Assembly (NCBI GenBank): GCA_964202905.1 | Contig: CAXNJO010000001.1 | Location: forward strand, 128,001-192,000 | Direction of reading: 5' to 3' | Source: Polyangiales bacterium | GTDB taxonomy: Bacteria > Myxococcota_A > Polyangia > Polyangiales > JADJQN01 | Length of the DNA stretch: 64,000 nucleotides | Shown here: positions 43,194 to 52,429 of the stretch, in pieces | Numbering within the stretch: the first letter of the stretch is position 1 | How the letters are laid out: each line of letters opens with the position of its first letter | Position numbers and translations under genes: made by a program | Notes under the pieces: model-generated | Seen by the model: the letters and a program-made list of their open reading frames with translations, nothing else | Database searches by the model: none | What the model was told of the DNA's origin: nothing

Positions 43194-44649
43194 GGCGCGC
43201 GTTCACGAGGCCCGACTCGGTCGTCACCTCGCGCACGACGTACGGCGCGAGCCACGCGGGGACCTCGACGACCTCTTCCGCCGAGGAGAGCTCGATCTCG
43301 GCGAGGAAGAGCGTGCGGTCGAGGAAGACGTCGATCTCCCACGTGTGCGCGCCGTCCGGCACCATGTGGCGGCGCTTCCTCACGCGCTTGCCGCGCGTGA
43401 GCGGCCAGAGCTTGCGGAAGAGCTCGAGCGGCGTCTCCTCCTCGATCTCGACGCGCACGAGGCCCGCGCCCGCCTTCACGGTGCGGAAGCACTTCACGGT
43501 CCCGTCCGCGGCGACGACGCGGCGCACCCGCTCGATCAGCTTCTGACCGGGCAGATAACCCTGATCGATCACCTTCGCGGGCGCGGCCTCGGCCTCGGGC
43601 GGGAGGCCGGTCAGCAGGTACTTGCGCTCGATCTCCTGCCCTGCCGACGCGTGGGCGTCGAGCGCGCGCGCGACGTCGCCCGCCGCGCCGACGAGCGCCC
43701 CGCCGCGCGGCCCGAGCCAGCGCTGCTCGGCGCCGTGGAAGAGGGCCGCGATGCGGGTCCGCACGCGCGTCGCGAGCGCGAGGAGCCCGTGCCGCTCGTC
43801 GTCGCGGAGCGCGCGGCGGGTGCGCGCGCCGTCGGGGTCCCCGTCGAGCGCGAGGTCGTGGAGGCGGCGCGCCCGCTCGGCCGCGGCCCGCGCGGCGGCG
43901 TCGCCGATCTCGCGGGCGAGGACCTGCAGGTCGTGCAGCTCGCCGAGCACGTCCTGGAGCTCTTTCAGCTCGCGCAGCAGCTCGCGCGTGCCAGGCAGCC
44001 GATCGCGCAGCGGGTCGAGCAGATAGCGAAGTCGTTTCGCGGAGATACGCGCCTCGTGCGCGGGCTCTTCGTCGGTGGCCGCGCCGACGAGCGCGAGCCT
44101 GGCGCCGAGGTCCTCGGCGTGCGCGCGCACGAGGCCCGCGAGCGCGACCGCCAGCGTGCGCACCGAGCGCCGCTCGCCGAGGCGCATCGGCACCGCGTAC
44201 ACCTCGAGCCCCGCGCGGAGCCGCGCCTCGAGGTGCTCGAAGCGCGGCGCGACATCCCCGCGCACGGCCGCGTAGCCCTCGTCGCGACGACGTTCGAGCG
44301 CCCCGACGAGCCACGCGACCCCGGTGCGCTCGCGCGCGTTCACCGACGCGGACTGCCCCTCGACCCACGCGAGCAGCACCTCCGCGTCGCGCCCGCCGCC
44401 CGTCGCCGCCGCGAGCGCGCGCAGCTCGCGGGTGAGCGACTTCTTCAGCGCGCCCCGCAGCCACGGGCGGTAGGCGCGGAGCGCGCTGCGCAGCCGACGC
44501 AGCGCGACGCGGAAGTCGTGGAGCGCCTCCGGGTCGTCGCCGCTCGCGAGGCGCGGCGCCGCGGCGCGGGCCTCGTCGAGGAACGCGAGCGCGAACAACC
44601 GCGCGGCCTCCTCGACCGGACGCGCGAGGATGTCGTCGGGGATCATCAT
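43183..44649 (-). CDS. CHAD + CYTH domain protein (polyphosphate-binding / triphosphate tunnel enzyme)
   Basis: CHAD: EALHDFRVALRRLRS, HEARISAKRLRY, LQDVLGELHD. CYTH: EIERKYL, IDQGYL, KRRH, WEIDVF, AEIEL. Confidence 0.87.
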   Translation of the reverse strand: MMIPDDILARPVEEAARLFALAFLDEARAAAPRLASGDDPEALHDFRVALRRLRSALRAYRPWLRGALKKSLTRELRALAAATGGGRDAEVLLAWVEGQSASVNARERTGVAWLVGALERRRDEGYAAVRGDVAPRFEHLEARLRAGLEVYAVPMRLGERRSVRTLAVALAGLVRAHAEDLGARLALVGAATDEEPAHEARISAKRLRYLLDPLRDRLPGTRELLRELKELQDVLGELHDLQVLAREIGDAAARAAAERARRLHDLALDGDPDGARTRRALRDDERHGLLALATRVRTRIAALFHGAEQRWLGPRGGALVGAAGDVARALDAHASAGQEIERKYLLTGLPPEAEAAPAKVIDQGYLPGQKLIERVRRVVAADGTVKCFRTVKAGAGLVRVEIEEETPLELFRKLWPLTRGKRVRKRRHMVPDGAHTWEIDVFLDRTLFLAEIELSSAEEVVEVPAWLAPYVVREVTTESGLVNARLAK

Positions 44650-44769
44650 CGGCCCCTCCGACGTGCACACGCCCCACCGCGATCCGCTCCCGTGCCCGGC
44701 ACGCCCCTCATGCCGGCACCGTACACCCGCGCGCCCCTCCTGGAAGTGACAACCCTGCGCGCCGCACGG

Positions 44770-45309
44770 TCACCGCAGGTGGTGGTTCGTGACGTCGGCC
44801 CAGGCCTCCTGCGGATCCGTCGAGAGCTCGAGGGCCGCGACCTGGTAGTTGAAGACGACGCGCTCGACGGAGCTCGTGTACGCCTGCGCGTCGCGGCGGC
44901 CTCCCGGCCGCAGGAACACGGCCTGCGTGCCGGGCATCGGGAGCGGCCGTACGAGGTGCAGCGTGCGCGCGTAGCGCTTGTGACCGCCGAGCAGGCGCGC
45001 GCCGACGGCCGCGTGCTTGGGCTCGGGCTGGTTCGTCGCGCGATCGCGCACCTCGACGCAGACGAAGCTCGCATCACAAAGATAAAGCGTGTTGCGCGTC
45101 CAGATCTCGACGACGTGCGGCTGGCGCTCGACCTGCTCGACGAGCGAGCGGCCGGGCGCGCTGCGCACGCGCGTGACCTGCACCTCGAGCGGCGGCTTGC
45201 GCTCGGGCTTCTCGGGACGCTCGGAGCGCGCGGGGGCCTCGAGCCGAACGGTCGTCCGGTCGTCGTCGCCGGGGGAGGAGTGGCCACGCTGCGTGTCGCG
45301 GGTCGGCAT
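44770..45309 (-). CDS. Hypothetical protein
   Basis: Ordered sequence VVEIWTRNTLYLCDASFVCVEVRDR...AYTSSVERVV; fits the gap between genes. Confidence 0.6.
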   Translation of the reverse strand: MPTRDTQRGHSSPGDDDRTTVRLEAPARSERPEKPERKPPLEVQVTRVRSAPGRSLVEQVERQPHVVEIWTRNTLYLCDASFVCVEVRDRATNQPEPKHAAVGARLLGGHKRYARTLHLVRPLPMPGTQAVFLRPGGRRDAQAYTSSVERVVFNYQVAALELSTDPQEAWADVTNHHLR

Positions 45310-45382
45310 CCGCGCGACTGTAGCCCGAACGCGGCGCGCACGGAGCGGGCGTGCCCGACGCTGCGTGTTAGAACCCGGCCCC

Positions 45383-46930
45383 ATGGCGCGTGTACCGATG
45401 GACGAAGCGGTCGTCGCAGACTGCCGGCGGCTCGCAGCGGAGATCGCGGACGAGGTGCAGCAGTTCATCGACCGTCACACGACGGTCGGCGTCGAGCGCA
45501 CCGTCGCGCGCGCGCTCGGCATCGAGGGCGCGGACGCCGAGGGCGCCCCGCTCGTGAACCTGCTGGTCGAGCGCGTGCACGCCGCCGGGCTGCTCGGGCG
45601 CGGCATCGCGTTCTTCCTCGGACGCGAGGTGCTGCGCGGCGCCCCCTCGCTGCAAGAGGCGGCCGAGCGCCTCGCGTGGGGCGGGCAGCCCATCGACCCT
45701 GCGGGCAGCGAAGACCTCGCCGCGATCCGCGCGGTGCTCGAGGCGCCGACGCGCGACGCCCTCGCCCGCATCGACGCCGCGCGCGACGACCGCGACGCAC
45801 GCCGCGCGCGCCTCGGCATGGCGGAGACGCCGCACAAGTACGTGATCGTCGCGACGGGCAACATCTACGACGACGCGGTGCAGGCGCGCAGCGCGGCGCA
45901 CGGCGGCGCGGACGTCGTCGCCGTCATCCGCGCGACGGCGCAGTCGCTCCTCGACTACGTGCCGCACGGCCCGACGACCGAGGGCTACGGCGGCACCTAC
46001 GCGACGCAGGAGAACTTCCGCATCGTGCGCGAGTCGCTCGACGCCGCGGGCGAAGAGCTCTCGCGCTACGTCATGCAGACGAACTACTCGTCCGGGCTCT
46101 GCATGAGCGAGATCGCGTGGATGGCCGCCGTCGAGCGGCTCGACATGCTGCTCAACGACTCGATGTACGGGATCCTCTTCCGCGACATCAACATGCAGCG
46201 GACGTTCGTGGATCAGTACTTCTCACGGAGGCTGATCGCGCGCGCGCGCATCATCGTGAACACCGGCGAGGACAACTACCTCACCACCGCCGACGCGGTC
46301 GAGGCCGCGCACACGGTGCTCTCCTCGCAGTTCATCAACGAGGCCTTCGCGCACCGCGCGGGCGTCGCCGACGAGCAGCTCGGGCTCGGTCACGCCTACG
46401 AGATCAACCCGTGGATCGAGGACTCGTTCCTGCTCGAGCTCGCGCAGGCGCAGCTCGTGCGGCAGCTCTTCCCGAAGCACCCGATCAAGTGGATGCCGCC
46501 GACCAAGCACAAGACGGGCGACATCTTCCACAGCCACGTCCACGACGCGCTCTACAACCTCGTCGGCGTCACGACGAACCAGTCGATCGAGCTGCTCGGC
46601 ATGTTCAGCGAGGCCATCCACAACCCGCTGCTGATGGACCGCTATCTCTCGCTGAAGAGCGCCCTCTACATCTTCGGCGCCGCCAAGCACCTCGGCGACG
46701 AGATCGAGTTCAAGAAGGACGGCATCATCGAGTCGCGCGCGCGCGAGGTCCTCGCGAACGCGCACCAGCTGCTCGTCGAGGTCGAGCGCGAGACGATCTG
46801 GGACGCGATCGGCCGCGGCGCGTTCGCCGACGTGAAGCGCACGCGCACGGGCGGCAAGGGGCTCGCGGGCGTCGTCGCGCGCGACGCCGACTACATCAAC
46901 CCGCTGCTCGAGGCGCTCGAGGCGGGCTGA
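45383..46930 (+). CDS. kamD: D-lysine/beta-lysine 5,6-aminomutase alpha subunit
   Basis: HTTVGVERT, YVIVATGNIYDD, IRATAQSLLDYVP.G.TTEGYGGTYATQENF, NYSSGLCMSE, INMQRTFVDQ, KWMPPTK. Confidence 0.93.
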   Translation: MARVPMDEAVVADCRRLAAEIADEVQQFIDRHTTVGVERTVARALGIEGADAEGAPLVNLLVERVHAAGLLGRGIAFFLGREVLRGAPSLQEAAERLAWGGQPIDPAGSEDLAAIRAVLEAPTRDALARIDAARDDRDARRARLGMAETPHKYVIVATGNIYDDAVQARSAAHGGADVVAVIRATAQSLLDYVPHGPTTEGYGGTYATQENFRIVRESLDAAGEELSRYVMQTNYSSGLCMSEIAWMAAVERLDMLLNDSMYGILFRDINMQRTFVDQYFSRRLIARARIIVNTGEDNYLTTADAVEAAHTVLSSQFINEAFAHRAGVADEQLGLGHAYEINPWIEDSFLLELAQAQLVRQLFPKHPIKWMPPTKHKTGDIFHSHVHDALYNLVGVTTNQSIELLGMFSEAIHNPLLMDRYLSLKSALYIFGAAKHLGDEIEFKKDGIIESRAREVLANAHQLLVEVERETIWDAIGRGAFADVKRTRTGGKGLAGVVARDADYINPLLEALEAG

Positions 46931-46948
46931 CGCGGCCGGCGCGGTCCG

Positions 46949-47224
46949 TCACTCGCTCTGGATGCGGCGTTGCTCGTCGCCGGCGCCGTCGTAGCAGCGA
47001 ACGGAGCTGCTGCGCTGGCACTCGCCGCTGTAGCCGGAGATCGCGCAGTCCGAGCCCGTGACGTCTTCGCACACGCTCGTCGCGCGGCGGCGCGCGGCGT
47101 TGTCGTCGCCATCGACGCACACCTTGATGTCCTTGCCACGGAACCCGAAGCACTTGGCTTCGGCGACCGATGCTCCACCGACGACCGCGAGGATGGCTGC
47201 TGCGCTGAGGATGAGCTGCTTCAT
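46949..47224 (-). CDS. Small secreted protein with six Cys
   Basis: MKQLILSAAAILAVVGGASVAEA signal; RBS aggagg; 68-aa mature part with 6 Cys. Confidence 0.75.
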   Translation of the reverse strand: MKQLILSAAAILAVVGGASVAEAKCFGFRGKDIKVCVDGDDNAARRRATSVCEDVTGSDCAISGYSGECQRSSSVRCYDGAGDEQRRIQSE

Positions 47225-47460
47225 GAAAGACCTCCTGAGGAAGTCAGGGATACGAGACGCACGCGCTGCGCTCAAGTGACGATCGTCGTACCTCGCCGCC
47301 CGCGCGTCGCGACGCGCAGCGCGGGTTGAGCCGCATCGCGGGCGCGCAACGGACGTGGACGGCGCGGCGTGAGACGCGCGCCAAGGCGACGGAATGACCA
47401 GGGCGGCCACATCCGGCCGGGCTGTGCCCGACCGGGGGCCGCCCCGGTTCGTCGTGCGTG

Positions 47461-47483
47461 CCCCCCGGGGTTGACCCGGGGGG
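47461..47483. terminator. GC hairpin just after the stop of the giant surface protein gene
   Basis: ccccccggg-gttga-cccgggggg, 9-bp perfect stem; no U-tract. Confidence 0.4.
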
Positions 47484-47491
47484 TGTGCCGC

Positions 47492-50400
47492 TCAGCGCCG
47501 CCGCGTCATCCGGCGCGCGCCGAGCGCGAACCCGAGGACCGCGACGAACAGCCAGGCCGCCGTGTGGGTGCCGCGCCCCGGCGACGCGGCGCAGAGCGCG
47601 CCGCCGCTGAAGCCACCGAGGCGGACGGGGGGCTGCAGGTAGTCCGGCACGCCGTTGCCATCCGCGTCGGTGGGCTCGTCGGCGGTCGGGATCCCGTCGC
47701 CGTCGTCGTCCGTGTCGAGGTAGTTCGGCGCACCGTCGCCGTCCGTGTCGTCGTCCGTCGGGTCGCCGTCGGCGTCGATGTCCTCGTCACCACTCGGGAT
47801 TCCGTCGCCGTCGTCGTCGGGGTCGAGGTAGTTCGGGGTGCCGTCGCCGTCCGTGTCGTCGTTCGCGAGGTCGTCGTCGCCGTCGAGGTCTTCGTCGGCG
47901 CTCGGCACGCCGTCGCCGTCGTCGTCGGCGTCGCGCCAGTCGACGCGTCCGTCGCCGTCGGTGTCAGGCTGCGCGGGCGTCGCGCCGCCGTCGTCGGTGT
48001 CGAAGGCGTCGTCGAGGCCGTCGCCGTCCGTGTCCATCCCGGCGGGCCGCACGTCGGGCACGCCATCGTGGTTCGCGTCCGTCGCCTCGGTCGCGTCGGG
48101 GGCGCCGTCCGCGTCGGAGTCGAGGTCACGCCAGTCCGGGGTGCCGTCGCCGTCGGTGTCCGGTCCGGGCAGGGCGGTCCCGCCCACGCTGGTGTCGACG
48201 GTGTCGGAGAGGCCATCCCCGTCCGTGTCCACGACCGCGTCGAGCAGGCCGTCGCCGTCCGCGTCGGAGCCCCCCGCCTCACGCACGTCGGCGAGGCCGT
48301 CACCGTCCGCGTCGAGGTCGAGGAAGTCCGGCCCGGGGGCGCCGTCCGTGTCGGGGAGCGGCAGCGGCAGCGCCATCACGACGTCCGCGAGGCCGTTGCC
48401 GTCGAGGTCGGTGTCGTCGTCGACGAGGCCGTCGCCGTTCGCGTCGACGCCGCCGCCCTCGCGGAGGTCCGTGAGGCCGTCGCCGTCCGCGTCGAGGTCG
48501 AGGTGGTTCGCAAGCCCGTCGCCGTCGAAGTCGACGGTGCGCGGGAGCGCGTCGCAGGCGCCGTCTTCGTCGGCGTCGGTGCAGGTCTGCACGTCGGCGT
48601 CCTCGAAGTCGGCGATGCCGTCGGCGTCCGTGTCGACGCTGAGATCCGAGCCGAGCTCGGCTGCGTCGGGGATGCCGTCGTTGTCGTCGTCGAGGTCGAC
48701 GTCGTCGGGCGTGCCGTCGCCGTCGTGGTCCGGCGCGGTGCAGGTGTTGCCCATGCCGCAGACCTCACGGCCGGGGCAGGCATCGTCGGTGATGCATTCG
48801 ACACAGGCGCCACTGCTGACCGCGCAGACTGGAGTCGGCGCGCCGCAGTCGGCGTCGGTCGCGCAGCCCGGCGCGCACGTGCCGAGCGCGACATTGCAGA
48901 CGCTTCCGGCCTCGCAGTCGGCGGTGCTGAGGCACGCGACGCAGGTGAGCGCCTCGGAGCGCACCGTGCAGATCGGCGTCGCCATCGCGCAGCCGAAGTC
49001 GGTGCCGGGCACCATCGTCGTGTCCGCACAGGGCACGCAGACCGGCGCGGGACCGGAGGTCGCGCACACGGGCGTCGCGCCGCCACAGCCGTCGTCGGTC
49101 GCCGCGCCCGTGTCGAAGCACGCCACGCACACCGGGCTCGCGCCCGACGTGTCGCAGAGCGCCGTCGCGCCGCCGCAGCCCGTGTCCGTCGCGGAACCCG
49201 CCGCGTCGTCCACGCAGACGATGCACGCCGGCGCGCTCGCCGCGCCGTCGCAGACGCCGCCCGCGCAGAGGGTGCCGGCCGCCGCGGACGTCGCGCCGCA
49301 GACGCCCGCGGTGCAGGCGTCGACGGTGCACGCGTTGCCGTCGTTGCAGTCGGCGTCCGACGCGCACGCCACGCACGCCGGGCTCGCGCCCGAGGTGTCG
49401 CAGAGCGCCGTCGCACCGCCGCAACCCGTGTCCGTCGCGGAACCCGCCGCGTCGTCGAGGCAGGTCACGCACGCCGCGCCGCTCGCCGCGCCGTCGCACA
49501 CGCCGCCCGTGCAGGATGTGCCCGCCGCCACCGGCGTCGTGCCGCACGCGCCGGCCGTACAGCGGTCCGTGGTGCAGGCGTTGCCGTCATCGCAGTCGGC
49601 GTCGGTCGCGCACGCCGTGCACACCGGGCTCGCGCCCGACGTGTCGCACAGCACCGTTGCACCGCCGCAACCCGAGTCCGTCGATGCGCCGAGCGCGTCG
49701 TCCACGCACGCGACGCACACCGGGCTCGCGCCCGAGGCGTCGCAGAGCGCCGTCGCCCCGCCACAGCCCGCGTCCGTCCCGCTGCCCGTCGCGTCGTCCA
49801 CGCAAAGGACGCACGCCGGAGCGCTCGCCGCGCCGTCGCAGAAGCCGCCCGTGCAGACGGTGCCGGCCGCGAGCGACGTCGCACCACAGGCGCCCGCAGT
49901 GCAGACGTCCGTGGTGCAGGCGTTGCCGTCGTCACAGTCGCCCGCGCCCTCGCACTCGACGCAGACCGCGCTCGCGCCGGTGTCGTCGCAGAAGCGCGCG
50001 CTCGGGCCGCAGCCGGTGTCCGTCACGCCCGCGCCGGCGTCGTCAACGCAGGCCGAGCACTCGGGGTTCGAGACCGCACCGTCGCAGACGCCGCCCGTGC
50101 ACGACGTGCCCGCGGCGAGCGAGGTCGCGCGGCACATCCCGCTCACGCAGGCGTCCGTGGTGCAGGCGTTGCCGTCGTTGCAGTCGGCGTCGGCATTGCA
50201 GCTCACGCACATCGGGACGGTGCCCGACGTGTCGCAGAGCGCAGCCGCGCCGGTGCAGCCCGAGTCCGTCGCGCCGCCGAGCGCGTCGTCCACGCACGGC
50301 ACGCACACCGGGACCGCGCCCGAGGCGTCACACAGACGCGCCGAGCCGCCGCAGCCCGTGTCCGTGCCGCTCCCGGACGCGTCGTCCACGCAGGCCGCGC

Positions 50401-52429
50401 AGACCGGGCCCGCGCCCGACGTCACGCAGATCGGCGTGCTCCCGCCGCAGCCCGTGTCCGTCGACGGACCGGCCGCGGAGTCGAGGCAGACGCGGCACAG
50501 CGGGGCGGACGCCGCGCCGTCACACACGCCGCCCGCGCAGGACGTGCCCGCGGCGAGCGAAGTCGCGCCGCAGACGCCCGCCGTGCAGGTGTCCGTCGTG
50601 CAGGCGTTGCCGTCGTTGCAGTCCGTGGCGCTCACGCACGCGACGCACACAGGGCTTGCGCCCGAGGTGTTGCAGAAGCGCGCCCCACCGCCGCAGCCCG
50701 TGTCGGTGAGGCCCGCGCCCGCGTCATCGAGGCAGGTGCGACAAAGCGGGCTCGAGGCCGCGCCGTCGCACACGCCGCCCGTGCAGGCGCTGCCCGCAGC
50801 GAGCGAGGTCGCGCCGCAGACGCCCGCGGTGCAGACGTCCGTGGTGCAGGCGTTGCCATCGTTGCAGTCCGACGCGCCGAAGCACTGCACGCAGGCGGGC
50901 GTCGCGCCGCTCGTGTTGCAGAAGGGCGCGCTCGCGCCGCAGCCGCTGTCGAGCCCGAGCATCGCGTCGTCCGCGCACGCGACGCAGACGGGCGCGGCGC
51001 CCGAGGTGTTGCAGAGCGGCGTCCCGCCGCCGCAGCCGCTGTCGGTGAGGGCGCCGGCGCGGTCGTTCACGCAGGTCTGACAGACGGGCGCCGAGGGCGC
51101 GCCGTCGCAGACGCCGCCCGTGCAGGTCGTGCCCGCAGCGAGCGAGGTGCGCTCGCAGACGCCGCTCACGCAGGCGTCGCTGGTGCAGGCGTTGCCGTCA
51201 TCGCAGTCCGACGCGCCGAAGCACGCGACACACACGGGCGCGGTGCCCGACGTGTCACAGAGCGGCGTCCCGGCGCTGCAGCCGGAGTCCGTGCCGAGAC
51301 CCGACACGTTGTCGATGCAGGTCACGCACGCGGGCGCGGTGCTGCTCCCGTTGCAGAAGCCGCCGGTGCAGACCGTGCCGGTCTCCGCGCTCTGCCGCCG
51401 GCAGACGTTGGTCGCAGCCGTCGTGGTCGTCGCAGGAACGGGGTCGCACGTGTCGGTCGTGCACGCGTTGCTGTCATTGCAGTCGGCGTTCGCGATGCAG
51501 GGCGCACAGGCGGTGCCGAGGGTCGCGCCCGAGGGCACGAGGCAGTACGGCGCCGCGGCGCTGCAGCCCGTGTCGACGCCCGAGCCGGACGCGCTGTCGA
51601 GGCAGCCGAGGAAGATCGGCGCGACCGGCGGCGCACAGACTCCCGTGCCCGTGAGGCAGACGCCGGAGGCGCAGTCCGACCCGACGTCGCAGCCGGGCGG
51701 CGCGCCGTCGAAGCAGATCCAGTCGGATTGGATACCCGTGGGGTTGCTCGAGCTGCCGCCGTACGCGACGGCACCGCCGAGGGCGCCGTACTCGATGATC
51801 AGCGGCAGCGGGACCGCGACGGTGATGTACCAGTCCGGGTCGCCCTGCATGCACGGATCGGTGGGCGCGGTCGCCACCAGATCGGCCCGCGCGTAGGTGG
51901 GCGAGCCATCCGTGCGCACGGGCGTGAGATCCGTCGCCGCGAGGCTTCCCGACTGGTTCTGGAGTTGAACCTCGTCGTTGATGCCGTTGCCGACGAGCGT
52001 GACGTAAAGCTCGAAGGCGCCGTCGCCGTTGCCGTCGAGACCGAAGCCCCAGCCGAAGGAGCCGAAGGCGTTGCCGCTGCGGGGGTCGGCGTTGACGCGG
52101 ATGCGGAAGTAGAAGTGGTTCGCGTCGCTCGCGACCTTGTAGGCCGCGTCGACCGACGAGTTCACGATGTCGCGGTAGTCGTCGGTGCCGGCCGTCTGAT
52201 CCGTGCACGCGTCCGACGAGGGCGCGAGCGTCGGGTCGACGCACTCGACGTTGCGGAACGCCGAGTCCGCCGGCCACGACGTGGGCGGCGCACAGAGATC
52301 CGGCCGCGCGATGGAGCAGGTCTGCGCCTCAGCCCCGGAAGCTGCGCCGAAGAGCGCAGCCGCGATCGCGAGCGTGCCGAGCGCCATGCGCCCGGCGAAC
52401 GCGCGTCCATCAACGATCGGTCGAATCAT
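47492..52429 (-). CDS. Giant surface protein: N-terminal globular domain, Cys-rich repeats, Ca-binding TSP3-like DxDxDG repeats, MYXO-CTERM-like anchor
   Basis: Signal peptide ending AEAQ; eight CxD(G/S)NACTxDxC units; many DTDGDG.P.YLD.DDDGDG repeats; C-terminal GGALCAAS...WLFVAVLGFALGARRMTRRR. Confidence 0.85.
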   Translation of the reverse strand: MIRPIVDGRAFAGRMALGTLAIAAALFGAASGAEAQTCSIARPDLCAPPTSWPADSAFRNVECVDPTLAPSSDACTDQTAGTDDYRDIVNSSVDAAYKVASDANHFYFRIRVNADPRSGNAFGSFGWGFGLDGNGDGAFELYVTLVGNGINDEVQLQNQSGSLAATDLTPVRTDGSPTYARADLVATAPTDPCMQGDPDWYITVAVPLPLIIEYGALGGAVAYGGSSSNPTGIQSDWICFDGAPPGCDVGSDCASGVCLTGTGVCAPPVAPIFLGCLDSASGSGVDTGCSAAAPYCLVPSGATLGTACAPCIANADCNDSNACTTDTCDPVPATTTTAATNVCRRQSAETGTVCTGGFCNGSSTAPACVTCIDNVSGLGTDSGCSAGTPLCDTSGTAPVCVACFGASDCDDGNACTSDACVSGVCERTSLAAGTTCTGGVCDGAPSAPVCQTCVNDRAGALTDSGCGGGTPLCNTSGAAPVCVACADDAMLGLDSGCGASAPFCNTSGATPACVQCFGASDCNDGNACTTDVCTAGVCGATSLAAGSACTGGVCDGAASSPLCRTCLDDAGAGLTDTGCGGGARFCNTSGASPVCVACVSATDCNDGNACTTDTCTAGVCGATSLAAGTSCAGGVCDGAASAPLCRVCLDSAAGPSTDTGCGGSTPICVTSGAGPVCAACVDDASGSGTDTGCGGSARLCDASGAVPVCVPCVDDALGGATDSGCTGAAALCDTSGTVPMCVSCNADADCNDGNACTTDACVSGMCRATSLAAGTSCTGGVCDGAVSNPECSACVDDAGAGVTDTGCGPSARFCDDTGASAVCVECEGAGDCDDGNACTTDVCTAGACGATSLAAGTVCTGGFCDGAASAPACVLCVDDATGSGTDAGCGGATALCDASGASPVCVACVDDALGASTDSGCGGATVLCDTSGASPVCTACATDADCDDGNACTTDRCTAGACGTTPVAAGTSCTGGVCDGAASGAACVTCLDDAAGSATDTGCGGATALCDTSGASPACVACASDADCNDGNACTVDACTAGVCGATSAAAGTLCAGGVCDGAASAPACIVCVDDAAGSATDTGCGGATALCDTSGASPVCVACFDTGAATDDGCGGATPVCATSGPAPVCVPCADTTMVPGTDFGCAMATPICTVRSEALTCVACLSTADCEAGSVCNVALGTCAPGCATDADCGAPTPVCAVSSGACVECITDDACPGREVCGMGNTCTAPDHDGDGTPDDVDLDDDNDGIPDAAELGSDLSVDTDADGIADFEDADVQTCTDADEDGACDALPRTVDFDGDGLANHLDLDADGDGLTDLREGGGVDANGDGLVDDDTDLDGNGLADVVMALPLPLPDTDGAPGPDFLDLDADGDGLADVREAGGSDADGDGLLDAVVDTDGDGLSDTVDTSVGGTALPGPDTDGDGTPDWRDLDSDADGAPDATEATDANHDGVPDVRPAGMDTDGDGLDDAFDTDDGGATPAQPDTDGDGRVDWRDADDDGDGVPSADEDLDGDDDLANDDTDGDGTPNYLDPDDDGDGIPSGDEDIDADGDPTDDDTDGDGAPNYLDTDDDGDGIPTADEPTDADGNGVPDYLQPPVRLGGFSGGALCAASPGRGTHTAAWLFVAVLGFALGARRMTRRR

